Shown: positions 36,162-46,153 of the stretch, one piece after another | How the letters are laid out: every line of letters begins with the position of its first letter | Numbering within the stretch: the first letter of the stretch is position 1 | Assembly: GCA_018816335.1 (NCBI GenBank) | Contig: JAHIVP010000013.1 | Coordinates: 19,226 to 83,225 of the forward strand | Direction: 5' to 3' | Source of the DNA: Nanobdellota archaeon | Lineage (GTDB): Archaea > Nanobdellota > Nanobdellia > Pacearchaeales > GW2011-AR1 | Length of the DNA: 64,000 nucleotides | The notes under the pieces: generated by a model | Databases searched by the model: none | What the model saw: the letters and a program-made list of their open reading frames with translations, nothing else | What the model was told of the DNA's origin: nothing | Made by a program: the position numbers and the translations under genes

Positions 36162-36274
36162 TAGCAGCAAAGCACAATCACAAATTCAGAGGGAAAGTAA
36201 AAGACTTCAAAATATTCAATTTTGAAGTTCCTAAAATTTTTAATTTTAGAAAAAACCGAGGAGGTTGTCTTTAA
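36158..36274 (+). repeat. copy 3 of the 117-nt micro-ORF element (MIAAKHNHKFRGKVKDFKIFNFEVPKIFNFRKNRGGCL)
   Basis: The ATG overlaps the Nudix TGA and the TAA abuts the rpl15 ATG. Confidence 0.8.
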
Positions 36275-36742
36275 ATGAAATTAGTAAAAAGAACAAAATT
36301 TTCAAGAATGCGAGCAACAAGATACCACGGACATGCTATGAAGAAACATAAAGGAAAAGGAAATCAAGGTGGAAGAGGAATGGCTGGAACAGGAAAGCGA
36401 GCAGACCAAAAAAAATCTTTAATTATAAACAAATACGGAACAAAATATTTTGGAAAAACAGGAATCACTTCAAAAGGAACACTAAGGAAAAAAAATAATG
36501 TAATGAACCTAGAGGAAATTCAAAAAAAATACCCAAATGAGAAAAACCAAATAAATCTAGAAGGATATAAAATTTTAGGAAAAGGAACTTTAACTTCAAA
36601 ATTAACAATAAAAGCAAAATCAGCATCAAAGTCAGCAATTGAAAAAATACAAAAAGCTGGTGGAAAATTAATACTTCCTGAGGTTAAAGAAAAACCAAAA
36701 GTAGAAGTTAAGAAAGAACCTGAAAATAAAAAAGCAGAATAA
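36275..36742 (+). CDS. rpl15: ribosomal protein uL15
   Basis: Sequence. Confidence 0.85.
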   Translation: MKLVKRTKFSRMRATRYHGHAMKKHKGKGNQGGRGMAGTGKRADQKKSLIINKYGTKYFGKTGITSKGTLRKKNNVMNLEEIQKKYPNEKNQINLEGYKILGKGTLTSKLTIKAKSASKSAIEKIQKAGGKLILPEVKEKPKVEVKKEPENKKAE

Positions 36743-36743
36743 G

Positions 36744-38144
36744 ATGGCCCTTACAAATATATTAAGAAATTTGCCAGAAGTTGAAGGTCCTGTAGAAAAA
36801 AAATTAAGCTTCAATGTTAAATTAAAATGGACCCTTTTAGTAATAGTTACATTCTTCATACTTTCTGAAATTACTCTTTACGGAATGAGCTTCAATGCTT
36901 TAGAACAATTCAAGGCTATTGCAGTTATCCTAGGAACTAATTTTGGTTCAATTATAAGCTTGGGTATTGGTCCAATAGTAATGGCTTCTATTATCTTACA
37001 ATTATTAGTAGGGTCCAAGATTATTGAAATAGATACATCAACAGCAGAAGGAAAAAGATATTTCCAAGGAATACAAAAACTTATGGTATTTTTCTTCATA
37101 ATCTTTGAAGCAGTTATTTACGTAATGATGGGAGGAATCCAAGCAGCTCCAGGATATACACTCCTAGTAATTTTTCAGTTAATATTAGGGGGTCTTGCAA
37201 TTGTATTCATGGATGAATTAGTAACTAAATGGGGATTTGGTTCAGGAGTTTCACTATTTATTGTAGCAGGAGTAGCTAAACAAATATTCATTCAGCTATT
37301 TCAATTCTTAGGTCCTCAAGGAAATTGTCTTCTTGATTTTTCAGGAACAGCATGTACAGGTAAGGTATTGATTTTAATACAATCTATAATCCAGCAAAAT
37401 CCAACACAAGCTCTTCTTGCTTTAGCAGTAATCATAATCACCGCATTAATTTTCTTAGGAGTTGTATGGGCACAATCTCTAAAAGTAGAAATTCCTTTAA
37501 CCTATGATAGATTAAGAGGATATGGAATTAAATGGCCTCTAGCATTTTTCTATGCATCAGTTATCCCAGTTATTTTAACAGCTGCCCTTGTAGCCAACAT
37601 ATCCTTGTTCGGAGGATTAGCAGAAAACTGGGCTGGCCATCCAACATTTTTAGGTGGATTTGATGACAACGGGCAACCAAGATGTGATGATGAATCATGC
37701 GGATTTGCATTCTGGACTTCATCCCGAAATATTGTTGATATGGTAATCAGAGGCTCATATAGAAATATCTATTTATTCCAAGGAATAACCCACATTTTAG
37801 TATATATGATATTCTCCACGATCTTTGCAGTATTTTGGGTCAAGACCTCTGGTATGGACGCATCCGCCCAAGCCCATAACATCATGTCCTCAGGTTTACA
37901 AATCCCAGGATTTAGAAAAGACGAAAGAATCTTAGAATCTGTATTAAATAGATATATTATGCCTCTAACAATAATGGGTGGTGCAGCAATTGGATTATTA
38001 GCAGCAACAGCAGACTTACTTGGAGCAATTGTTTCAGGAACATCAATCTTACTAGCTGTAATGATTATCTACCAGTTCTACCAAAACATTGCTCAACAAC
38101 ACGCAGTAGATATGCACCCAGCAATGAAGAAGTTTATGGGCTGA
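36744..38144 (+). CDS. secY: preprotein translocase SecY
   Basis: Ten TM helices, conserved position after L15. Confidence 0.9.
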   Translation: MALTNILRNLPEVEGPVEKKLSFNVKLKWTLLVIVTFFILSEITLYGMSFNALEQFKAIAVILGTNFGSIISLGIGPIVMASIILQLLVGSKIIEIDTSTAEGKRYFQGIQKLMVFFFIIFEAVIYVMMGGIQAAPGYTLLVIFQLILGGLAIVFMDELVTKWGFGSGVSLFIVAGVAKQIFIQLFQFLGPQGNCLLDFSGTACTGKVLILIQSIIQQNPTQALLALAVIIITALIFLGVVWAQSLKVEIPLTYDRLRGYGIKWPLAFFYASVIPVILTAALVANISLFGGLAENWAGHPTFLGGFDDNGQPRCDDESCGFAFWTSSRNIVDMVIRGSYRNIYLFQGITHILVYMIFSTIFAVFWVKTSGMDASAQAHNIMSSGLQIPGFRKDERILESVLNRYIMPLTIMGGAAIGLLAATADLLGAIVSGTSILLAVMIIYQFYQNIAQQHAVDMHPAMKKFMG

Positions 38145-38198
38145 CATTAGATTTATAAGTCCCTTTTCATATTTACTAAAATAAAGAAGTGAAAGAAA

Positions 38199-38591
38199 AT
38201 GTTTACAGAATTAATTCAAGCTTATCCTAAACCCTCAATTGTAGTAATCTCTATGTTAGCTACCTTATTTATTACAATAATTAATTATTATGTCCAAGAT
38301 AGAGACAAAATGAAAGAATTAAAAGAAGTTCAAAAAGCATGCAGAATAAAACTAAAAGATGCTAAAGGAAACCCAAAACAAATAGCACAAATCAACAAAC
38401 AAATGATGGAGTGTTCAATGGAAATGATGAAACACTCTTTCAAACCAATGCTAATCACATTTATTCCTCTGATTGTGCTTATTGCATTTATTAGATCTTC
38501 TTATGAACCAATCCTAAGTGGATGGCTTTGGTGGTATATTGGAGCTTCAATTGTCTCAAGCATTATCTTTAGAAAGCTTTTTAAGATGTGA
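38199..38591 (+). CDS. DUF106/EMC3-like membrane protein (archaeal Oxa1/YidC-superfamily candidate)
   Basis: Three TM helices with an internal coiled-coil loop. Conserved position downstream of secY. Confidence 0.45.
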   Translation: MFTELIQAYPKPSIVVISMLATLFITIINYYVQDRDKMKELKEVQKACRIKLKDAKGNPKQIAQINKQMMECSMEMMKHSFKPMLITFIPLIVLIAFIRSSYEPILSGWLWWYIGASIVSSIIFRKLFKM

Positions 38592-38606
38592 TTTCTCTAA
38601 GTCGCT

Positions 38607-38999
38607 ATGGAACAACAAGACCTAATAAAACTAAGTATACTAGAACAGCAATCAAATCAAATTGAAGAACAAATCAATGCTGTAAATCAAAATATTGCCC
38701 AGCTTGAAGCCCTTAGTTTATCATTACTAAACTTAGATAGAGACAAGAAAAATGGTTTACTAGCTCCAATGGGAAAAGGTATATTTATTGAGTCAGAAAT
38801 AAAATCAAAAAAACTATTTGTAAACATAGGCTCAAATATTCTTGTTAAAAAAACACCACAAGAATCAATTGAAATAATTGAAAATCAAGTTAAAGAAATG
38901 CATAGAATAAAACATCTACTTTCTGAACAATTAGAAAAATCAGCAAATGAACTACAAATACTAATTGAACAAGCTCAAAAAGAACAAGATAAAAAATAA
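38607..38999 (+). CDS. pfdA: prefoldin alpha subunit
   Basis: Coiled coil, then two beta-hairpins (GLLAPMGKGIFIESEI and KLFVNIGSNILVKKT), then a second coiled coil. Confidence 0.6.
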   Translation: MEQQDLIKLSILEQQSNQIEEQINAVNQNIAQLEALSLSLLNLDRDKKNGLLAPMGKGIFIESEIKSKKLFVNIGSNILVKKTPQESIEIIENQVKEMHRIKHLLSEQLEKSANELQILIEQAQKEQDKK

Positions 39000-39009
39000 T
39001 TATTTAAAA

Positions 39010-39861
39010 TTAATTATGCTGGACTTTCCTCAAAAAATCCCCAAACTTCAAAACTCCTAACTCAGAAACAATTCCTTTAATATATTTCTTCTCAATTTTC
39101 TCAAAAGCAGGATTCTCAATCTTAATTCCCTTCGGCTTATTTTTCCAAACCTCTTTTGCTTTCCTCTCCTCAATCTTAATATTTTTAGAATAATATTTCC
39201 AAGAATCAGCTAAAATATAAATAGGAATATTATCATCTTCTAAAATCTCCCCAATCATATCACTTCCAATCTTATTAATAACTCCATCTTTCAAAATAGC
39301 ATCAGCTCCTAAAAAAACAATATCAGATTTCTCAGCAGCTTTTTTAATCGCAGAATCCACAAACATAGTAACATTAATTCCAGCATTCTTCAAATCTCTA
39401 GCAGTCTTTCTTCCTTGAAACAAAGGCCTAGTCTCAGTATTATAAACTTCAAAACCATCAAAATCATCATGATGTCTTTTGGATTTTGTGGCCCCGGAAA
39501 TCTTTGATTTCCGTGGGTTCCTACCTTTTTTCTTAGCATAAACCAAAGCTTTGATAACAGTTGATGAATGACAATGTGTGTAAACAATCTTCTTCCCTTT
39601 AATTAACTTAAACACCTCTTTATTTATCCTATCTTGTGTTTCCTCAAAATGTTCTAAAATTTTTCCATAATCCATCCCTTTATCTAAAAATTTTATAGAA
39701 TTAAACAACATTGGTTCTGTTGGTCTAGCACCAAACAGCTTTTTCTTAGACATCTTTCCAGGTTTCAAAACATAAGCTTTCAGCCCAGCTTTAGCTATAT
39801 TTGTAGCTCCCTGAATCTTAACCTCTTTTATATCCTGAACAATTTTATCAAACTTATTCAT
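39010..39861 (-). CDS. eIF-2B alpha/beta/delta family protein (aIF-2BI / ribose-1,5-bisphosphate isomerase-like)
   Basis: FLGADAILKDGVINKIGSDMIGEIL matches the family motif GAD.....G.V.NKIG. Confidence 0.6.
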   Translation of the reverse strand: MNKFDKIVQDIKEVKIQGATNIAKAGLKAYVLKPGKMSKKKLFGARPTEPMLFNSIKFLDKGMDYGKILEHFEETQDRINKEVFKLIKGKKIVYTHCHSSTVIKALVYAKKKGRNPRKSKISGATKSKRHHDDFDGFEVYNTETRPLFQGRKTARDLKNAGINVTMFVDSAIKKAAEKSDIVFLGADAILKDGVINKIGSDMIGEILEDDNIPIYILADSWKYYSKNIKIEERKAKEVWKNKPKGIKIENPAFEKIEKKYIKGIVSELGVLKFGDFLRKVQHN

Positions 39862-39931
39862 ATATATTCCAAGAAAATTTTCTATTTAAATTATTCTAAA
39901 AATATAAAAACTCTACTTTGTATTAACTAGT

Positions 39932-40792
39932 ATGTTAGAAATGATTCTCGGCCCAAGAAAAGCAGAACGACATCCATGGGAGATGTTTATAATAGGATTA
40001 CTATACGCTTCTCTATCAGTTCTTCTTGTCTCTTGGATTTTTGGCCAAGACGCAGTTTTATCAAAATATTCAGGAATTTTAATTGTAACATTCACAGTAA
40101 TGTTCTCAATTCCTTTTATGTATTATATAATCAAGTTAGAAGAAGAAAAAGATTTACAAGAAAACATAGGATTCTTATCTTTACTAAAAGAACATAGCAA
40201 AGCACTAAAAGCATTTACTTGGCTTTTCTTAGGATTTGTTGTAGCATTTTCTTTTTGGTATATTGTTCTTCCTTCATCAGATAATTTTAGAGCACAAATA
40301 GAAACTTACTGTTGGATTAACAGACCAGCAAATTTTGAGCAGTGCATCTCAGATTATGGCGTAGAAGTTACTTCAAAAACAACAGGATTTGCAACAAACA
40401 AAGAAAGATTATTTATGATATTCTCAAATAATATTTATGTAATGATATTTACCTTAATATTCTCTTTGATATTTGGGGCCGGTGCTATATTTATTTTAGC
40501 TTGGAACGCCAGTGTCATAGCAGCCGCCATAGGAATATTTTCCAAAGAAAGTCTTGCATATTTACCAGTTGGTTTAGGAAGATACATGATTCACGGCCTT
40601 CCAGAAATATTAGCTTATTTTATTGCAGCACTTGCAGGAGGAATCCTAAGCATAGCAATCATAAGACATGATTTTAAAGGAGATAAATTCTGGAAAATAA
40701 TTCAAGATTCACTTAATCTAGTAATCCTTGCAGTTGTAGTTTTATTCATAGCAGGATTAATTGAAGTCTTCATAACTCCAATTTTATTCTAA
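39932..40792 (+). CDS. SpoIIM/DUF95-family membrane protein
   Basis: YMIHGLPEILAYFIAALAGGIL signature; six TM helices. Confidence 0.55.
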   Translation: MLEMILGPRKAERHPWEMFIIGLLYASLSVLLVSWIFGQDAVLSKYSGILIVTFTVMFSIPFMYYIIKLEEEKDLQENIGFLSLLKEHSKALKAFTWLFLGFVVAFSFWYIVLPSSDNFRAQIETYCWINRPANFEQCISDYGVEVTSKTTGFATNKERLFMIFSNNIYVMIFTLIFSLIFGAGAIFILAWNASVIAAAIGIFSKESLAYLPVGLGRYMIHGLPEILAYFIAALAGGILSIAIIRHDFKGDKFWKIIQDSLNLVILAVVVLFIAGLIEVFITPILF

Positions 40793-40828
40793 GCGAAACT
40801 TTAAATATGCTTTATCTCTCTTTAAGAA

Positions 40829-40963
40829 ATGGCTAAATTTTATTGTAAAAAGTGTAATTATCGTTTTGAAAGCAATTCAGAAAACCTTCCTATGCTTTGC
40901 CCATATTGTGGTGAAAAAGGAGTTATAAAAAAGGAAGAATCAGCTGAACAAATGGTTGAATAA
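40829..40963 (+). CDS. 44-aa zinc-ribbon protein
   Basis: Manual ORF MAKFYCKKCNYRFESNSENLPMLCPYCGEKGVIKKEESAEQMVE with two CxxC pairs. Confidence 0.45.
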   Translation: MAKFYCKKCNYRFESNSENLPMLCPYCGEKGVIKKEESAEQMVE

Positions 40964-40983
40964 TTCCTAAATCTTAAAATCTA

Positions 40984-43860
40984 ATGGATGAAAAAGAGCT
41001 AATTGAACAAAGAAAAGAACAATTTAAAGAGTTTTTAACTAAAAACAAATCAGTTACAATATTCTCAATATTAGCAGCTATAACTCTAATTATTACTTTA
41101 TTTGTAAAATTTAATATTCAGATTCCAATATTATACAAAATAGGAGCACCTTTTGGCCCAATGATATTATTTTTATTAGCAATTGGATTTCTAATTTCTG
41201 CAATTTTAGCATATAAAGATTATTTCAAATTAATGTTTCTTCCAATACTTGCATGGATTGTTTATATTGCTTCATTTATTAGAACAAGAAATCTTCCAGG
41301 TTTAAGAGATGTAGTAACAGGGGGATGGACTCTTGGTCCTGATTTAGATCCTTTCTTATTCTTAAGATGGGCAAAAGATATTGTGAAAAACGGAACATTA
41401 ATGGCATTAGATACAATGAGATATGTCCCAATTGGATTTGAAACAACAGGAGAAATGAAATTATTATCTTATATGATGGCTTGGTTTCATCAAGTAGCCT
41501 CAATATTTAACCCTGAGATGACAGTAACTCATTCAGCTGTTATTTACCCTGTTTTCTTTTTTGCCTTAACAGCAATAGCATTTTTCTTAATGGTAAAAAA
41601 AATATTTGAAACAGGATTCAAAAATCAAAAATATCCTTATATCATTGCTTCAATTGCAACAGCTCTTTTAGTAGTTCTTCCTTCACTTTTAGCAAGAACA
41701 ATTGCAGGAATTCCAGAAAAAGAATCAACCGGATTTTTCTTTTTATTCCTGACATTTTATTTATTTATCTCAGCTTGGAAATCAAAAACCTTCAAAAAAT
41801 CAATTATATACGGAATTTTAGCAGGAGCATCAACAGGATTAATGGCTTTAGTTTGGGGAGGTTCTGTATTTTTATATATGACAATCTCAATTTCAGCATT
41901 ACTATATTTTATTTTCAAAGACATAACAAAAAAACAACTCACTGTATATTTAATTTGGGTGTTAACATTTATGTCTTTTCTCTTAACATTCTCAACAAGA
42001 GTTAGTTTAAAAGATTACATAATCTCAACTTCAACAGGTTTAGCTTTTTTTGTATTGTTTATTTTTCTTATTGATTTCTTTTTGTTTAAATCAAGTCCTA
42101 AATTAAAACAAACATTTAACAAAATTAATCTTCCTAAAAAATTAATCTCAATAATTGTGTCAATAATATTAATCTCAATACTTGCGTTTCTTCTTTTAGG
42201 ACCAACATTTTTTACACACAAGGCAAATGATATAATTGATCAACTAATAACTCCCTTTGGAACAGATAGATTCACTTTAACAGTAGCAGAAAATCGTCAA
42301 CCTTATTTTTCAGGAGAATGGGCAGGAGAATTTGGTCCAATAATAAAAAATATACCTTTAAGCTTCTTATTATTTTTCATAGGAGCAGTAACATTATTTT
42401 ATTATACATTTAAATTTTTAGAAAGTCGTGAACGATTAATTCTCACTGGTTCTTTCACAGTATTTTTATTTGGACTTGTTTTCAGCAGATACTCTTCTAG
42501 TAGCTCACTTAATGGAACAAGCCCAACCAGCTTACTTCTATACTTTGGAGGAATAATTTTACTTTTATTTAGTTTCATTTATATTCTATATATTTATAGA
42601 ACTAATAATAAAACAAATCTATTCAAAAAAGTAAATTTTTCTTATCTACTATTAATCACAATGACAATCCTCGCAATTATTGCAGCAAGAGGAGCAGTTA
42701 GGCTTATTATGATATTAACTCCATTTGCAACAGTAATGATATCTTTCTTAATCATTATTCTTTTCTTAAATTATTCTAAAAGTAAAAATGAATTAAGAAT
42801 TATTTTCTTAATTTTGTTTGTAGCATCTGTTTTCCTAGCAGGATTTATATTTTATAATGATTATCAACAAACAGCAGGTTCTGCAGCAGGATTTGTTCCT
42901 TCAATTTATACTCATCAATGGCAAAAAGCAATGGCTTGGGTTAGAGATAACACCCCTGAAAATTCTGTATTTGCTCACTGGTGGGATTATGGCTACTGGG
43001 TTCAATCAATGGGTGAGCGTGCAACTGTCCTAGACGGAGGAAATGTCCATGTTTACTGGAACCACTTAATGGGAAGACATGTTTTAACAGGACAATCAGA
43101 ACAAGAATCATTTGATTATCTTTATTCACACAATGCAACTCATTTACTAATTGATTCAACAGACCTGGGAAAATATACTGCTTTTTCACTAATCGGCGCA
43201 GATACAAATTTTGATAGATACAGCTTTATGCCTTCAATGGTTTTAGATCACTCAAATGATCAAGAAAAAAGAAACTCAACACTTCATTTTTACCAAGGAG
43301 GATTTTCAAATGACGACGATATTATGGTAAACCAGGATGGAAAAGATGTTTTTATTCCAGCAAAAGCAAGTGGAGTAGCAGGAGTTCTTGTAACAAATGA
43401 TAACGGAGTTTTAAAAAATCCAGAAGCAATAATTATTTTCCAAAATCAACAATTTACTGTCCCAATGAAATATTTATATTATGATGGGCAATTACATGAA
43501 TATGAAGGAATCTCAGCAGGATTATTTGTCTTTCCAAGATTAATTCCAGCAGATACAGGAAGTGTTACAATGGACCCAATCGGTGCAGCAGTTTTCTTAA
43601 ATGGAAGAACAGTAAATTCAAACCTAGCAAGACTTTATTTATTTAATCAATCTGAGAACTACAAATTAGTTCATACAGAACAAGATGTTAGAATGCAGGA
43701 TTTAAAAAATAATGGGATGCAAATTGGAGATTTTGCATATTTCAATGGACTCATAGGTCCAATAAAAATATGGGAAATCAATTATCCTGAGAATGTTCAA
43801 TATGATGACAAATATTTATTATTAGAATACCCTGATGACGCACTAAGAAGTTCTAGTTAA
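40984..43860 (+). CDS. aglB: archaeal oligosaccharyltransferase AglB (STT3)
   Basis: Thirteen TM helices plus the hallmark WWDYGYW motif (SVFAHWWDYGYWVQSMGERATVLDGG). 958 aa. Confidence 0.85.
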   Translation: MDEKELIEQRKEQFKEFLTKNKSVTIFSILAAITLIITLFVKFNIQIPILYKIGAPFGPMILFLLAIGFLISAILAYKDYFKLMFLPILAWIVYIASFIRTRNLPGLRDVVTGGWTLGPDLDPFLFLRWAKDIVKNGTLMALDTMRYVPIGFETTGEMKLLSYMMAWFHQVASIFNPEMTVTHSAVIYPVFFFALTAIAFFLMVKKIFETGFKNQKYPYIIASIATALLVVLPSLLARTIAGIPEKESTGFFFLFLTFYLFISAWKSKTFKKSIIYGILAGASTGLMALVWGGSVFLYMTISISALLYFIFKDITKKQLTVYLIWVLTFMSFLLTFSTRVSLKDYIISTSTGLAFFVLFIFLIDFFLFKSSPKLKQTFNKINLPKKLISIIVSIILISILAFLLLGPTFFTHKANDIIDQLITPFGTDRFTLTVAENRQPYFSGEWAGEFGPIIKNIPLSFLLFFIGAVTLFYYTFKFLESRERLILTGSFTVFLFGLVFSRYSSSSSLNGTSPTSLLLYFGGIILLLFSFIYILYIYRTNNKTNLFKKVNFSYLLLITMTILAIIAARGAVRLIMILTPFATVMISFLIIILFLNYSKSKNELRIIFLILFVASVFLAGFIFYNDYQQTAGSAAGFVPSIYTHQWQKAMAWVRDNTPENSVFAHWWDYGYWVQSMGERATVLDGGNVHVYWNHLMGRHVLTGQSEQESFDYLYSHNATHLLIDSTDLGKYTAFSLIGADTNFDRYSFMPSMVLDHSNDQEKRNSTLHFYQGGFSNDDDIMVNQDGKDVFIPAKASGVAGVLVTNDNGVLKNPEAIIIFQNQQFTVPMKYLYYDGQLHEYEGISAGLFVFPRLIPADTGSVTMDPIGAAVFLNGRTVNSNLARLYLFNQSENYKLVHTEQDVRMQDLKNNGMQIGDFAYFNGLIGPIKIWEINYPENVQYDDKYLLLEYPDDALRSSS

Positions 43861-43892
43861 TTGTTTAACCAATAATTTAAAAATACAAAAGT

Positions 43893-44915
43893 TTGTTAAT
43901 ATTTATGGAATTTATAATATACTTACCGATTTTTGCATCTTTTTTAGTAACTCTATTCATAATTCCTTACTGGATTATCAAAGCAAAAAGTATTAAGTTA
44001 GTTTGGGATGATATGAATAAACCTAAAAAGCAAAAAGTAGCAGGTTCAGGAGGACTAACTGTCATATTTGGATTTACTCTTGCTATATTATTATATATTT
44101 CAATTTTTACTTTTATATGGAAAACAACAGATACTTTAGTAATTATCTTTGCTCTGTTGACTTCAATTTTAATTTTAGGAGGAATAGGAATAGTAGATGA
44201 TTTATTAGGATGGAAAAAAGGAGGACTATCAAAAAAATTCAGATTAATTATATGTGCATTTGCTGCAATCCCTTTAATTGTTGTTAATGCAGGAGAAGCT
44301 TCTGTAAACCTCCCTTTTCTTAACGGAACAAACCTAGGATTATTTTATCCTCTTTTACTTATCCCTGTTGCTATAATCGGAACATCTACAACTTTTAATT
44401 TCTTAGCTGGTTTTAATGGTTTAGAAGCAGGACAAGGAATTATAATTATCTCAGCATTATCCTTTGTTTCTTATATGACAGGAAACACCTGGCTTGCTTT
44501 AATAGGGCTAATGCTTGTTGCATCTTTATTAGCATTTTTGATATATAATAAATATCCAGCAAAAATATTTCCAGGAGATAGTTTAACATATCCAGTTGGA
44601 GGAATGATAGCAATAATGGCAATATTCGGTAACATGGAAAGAATAGCATTATTTTTCTTTATTCCATATATAATCGAAGTTGGATTAAAAGCAAGAGGAA
44701 GATTAAAAAAACAATCATTTGGTAAACCAAAAAAAGATGGAAGCTTAATCTTAAGATATAATAAAATTTATGGATTAGAACATTTTGCTATTTGGATGTT
44801 ATCAAAATTCAAAAAAAACGTTTATGAAAAGGAGGTTGTTTACTTTATCCACGCAATACAAATAGCATTTATAATATTTGGGTTAATAATATTTAGAGAG
44901 AGTATTTTTATATAA
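43893..44915 (+). CDS. GT4-family (MraY/WecA/AglH-like) polyprenyl-phosphate GlcNAc-1-phosphate transferase
   Basis: GIVDDLLGWKKGGLSKKFRL (DDxxG motif). Ten TM helices. Confidence 0.65.
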   Translation: MLIFMEFIIYLPIFASFLVTLFIIPYWIIKAKSIKLVWDDMNKPKKQKVAGSGGLTVIFGFTLAILLYISIFTFIWKTTDTLVIIFALLTSILILGGIGIVDDLLGWKKGGLSKKFRLIICAFAAIPLIVVNAGEASVNLPFLNGTNLGLFYPLLLIPVAIIGTSTTFNFLAGFNGLEAGQGIIIISALSFVSYMTGNTWLALIGLMLVASLLAFLIYNKYPAKIFPGDSLTYPVGGMIAIMAIFGNMERIALFFFIPYIIEVGLKARGRLKKQSFGKPKKDGSLILRYNKIYGLEHFAIWMLSKFKKNVYEKEVVYFIHAIQIAFIIFGLIIFRESIFI

Positions 44916-46153
44916 TGATCAAAAGATTTTTAAAAAACGATTTAATAAAAGGAAGCTTTATACTGTTGATATTATTCAATCTATTTAATCTTCTAAATTT
45001 TATTTTTCACTTTATTTCTGCAAGACTTTTAGGACCAGCAGATTACGGAATTCTAGCAACCCTAATGGCAATGATTTATATTATTAATATTCCAAGTGAA
45101 GCAATACAAACAGTAATATCAAGGTTTACAACAACAGCGTATGTAAAAAAAGATTTTGGAGCTTTAAAATTATTAGTAACAAAGTCCTTAGGAAAATTCT
45201 TAATTTTAGGAGTAATCGGACTTTTTATTTTCTTTATTTTTTCAGGATTACTTTCAGACTTTTTCAAAATTGAAAAAGGCTTAATTTTAATGTTAGGTTT
45301 AGTATTTGCTTTAACACTATTAACTCCTATCCCTAAAGGCCTTTTTCAAGGAATGAAAAAATTTGGATATTTAGGATCAACATTTTTTCTTGAAGGATTA
45401 TTAAAAGTTGGTTTAACAACATTTTTAATTTTAATTGGATGGAAAGTTTATGGGGCTATGGCAGCAATAACAATGGCTTTATTGCTAACTTTTTTACTAA
45501 ATTTAATTCTTCCTCCAACCACAAAAGTTTTCAAAGCAAAAAAATCCAAACTTCAAATAAAAGGAATATATTCTTATTCAATTCCAGTTTTAATTGCTAT
45601 AACTTCAATAACAGTATTTTATACTATTGACATGTTGTTAGCAAAAAGATTCTTTGGAGCAGAGGTTGCAGGATTGTACGGAGCAATAGCAATGGTTTCT
45701 AAGATAGTATTCTTTGTTAGTGTTCCAATTTCTAGAGCATTATTTCCCTTAGCATCAGAAAACACAGACAAAAAGAAATCAAATGGTTCTTTGACAAAAG
45801 TGTCTCTTTTCCTTGTAGGACTACTGAGCTTATTTGTTTTATTAATCTATATAGCATTCCCTGAATTAGTTATAAAAATTTTATATGGTTCTCAATATCT
45901 AGAATTTTCAAAATATCTTATTTATCCAACAATAGCAATGGTAATTTTATCTTTAACAAACATATTAATTTTTGCAAATTTATCTAAAAAGAATAACAAA
46001 CCTATTTTTATGCTCCCTATTTTTGTGATATTACAAATAATACTAATCAGTTTATTCCACCAAACAATTATGCAGTTTATATGGATGCTAATTATTGGTA
46101 ATGCTATAACATTTATATACTTCTTAATTTCTTTATTCAGACATGAAGATTAG
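44915..46153 (+). CDS. Wzx-like oligosaccharide flippase (MOP superfamily)
   Basis: About 12 TM helices with a polysaccharide-biosynthesis-protein architecture. Confidence 0.6.
   Translation: MIKRFLKNDLIKGSFILLILFNLFNLLNFIFHFISARLLGPADYGILATLMAMIYIINIPSEAIQTVISRFTTTAYVKKDFGALKLLVTKSLGKFLILGVIGLFIFFIFSGLLSDFFKIEKGLILMLGLVFALTLLTPIPKGLFQGMKKFGYLGSTFFLEGLLKVGLTTFLILIGWKVYGAMAAITMALLLTFLLNLILPPTTKVFKAKKSKLQIKGIYSYSIPVLIAITSITVFYTIDMLLAKRFFGAEVAGLYGAIAMVSKIVFFVSVPISRALFPLASENTDKKKSNGSLTKVSLFLVGLLSLFVLLIYIAFPELVIKILYGSQYLEFSKYLIYPTIAMVILSLTNILIFANLSKKNNKPIFMLPIFVILQIILISLFHQTIMQFIWMLIIGNAITFIYFLISLFRHED

Noticed and set aside
39390-40197. Short overlapping ORFs (39390..39587 minus strand, 39913..40095 minus strand, 39976..40197 plus strand)
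   Set aside because: They are internal to or antisense of well-supported genes (the eIF-2B-like and SpoIIM-like genes).
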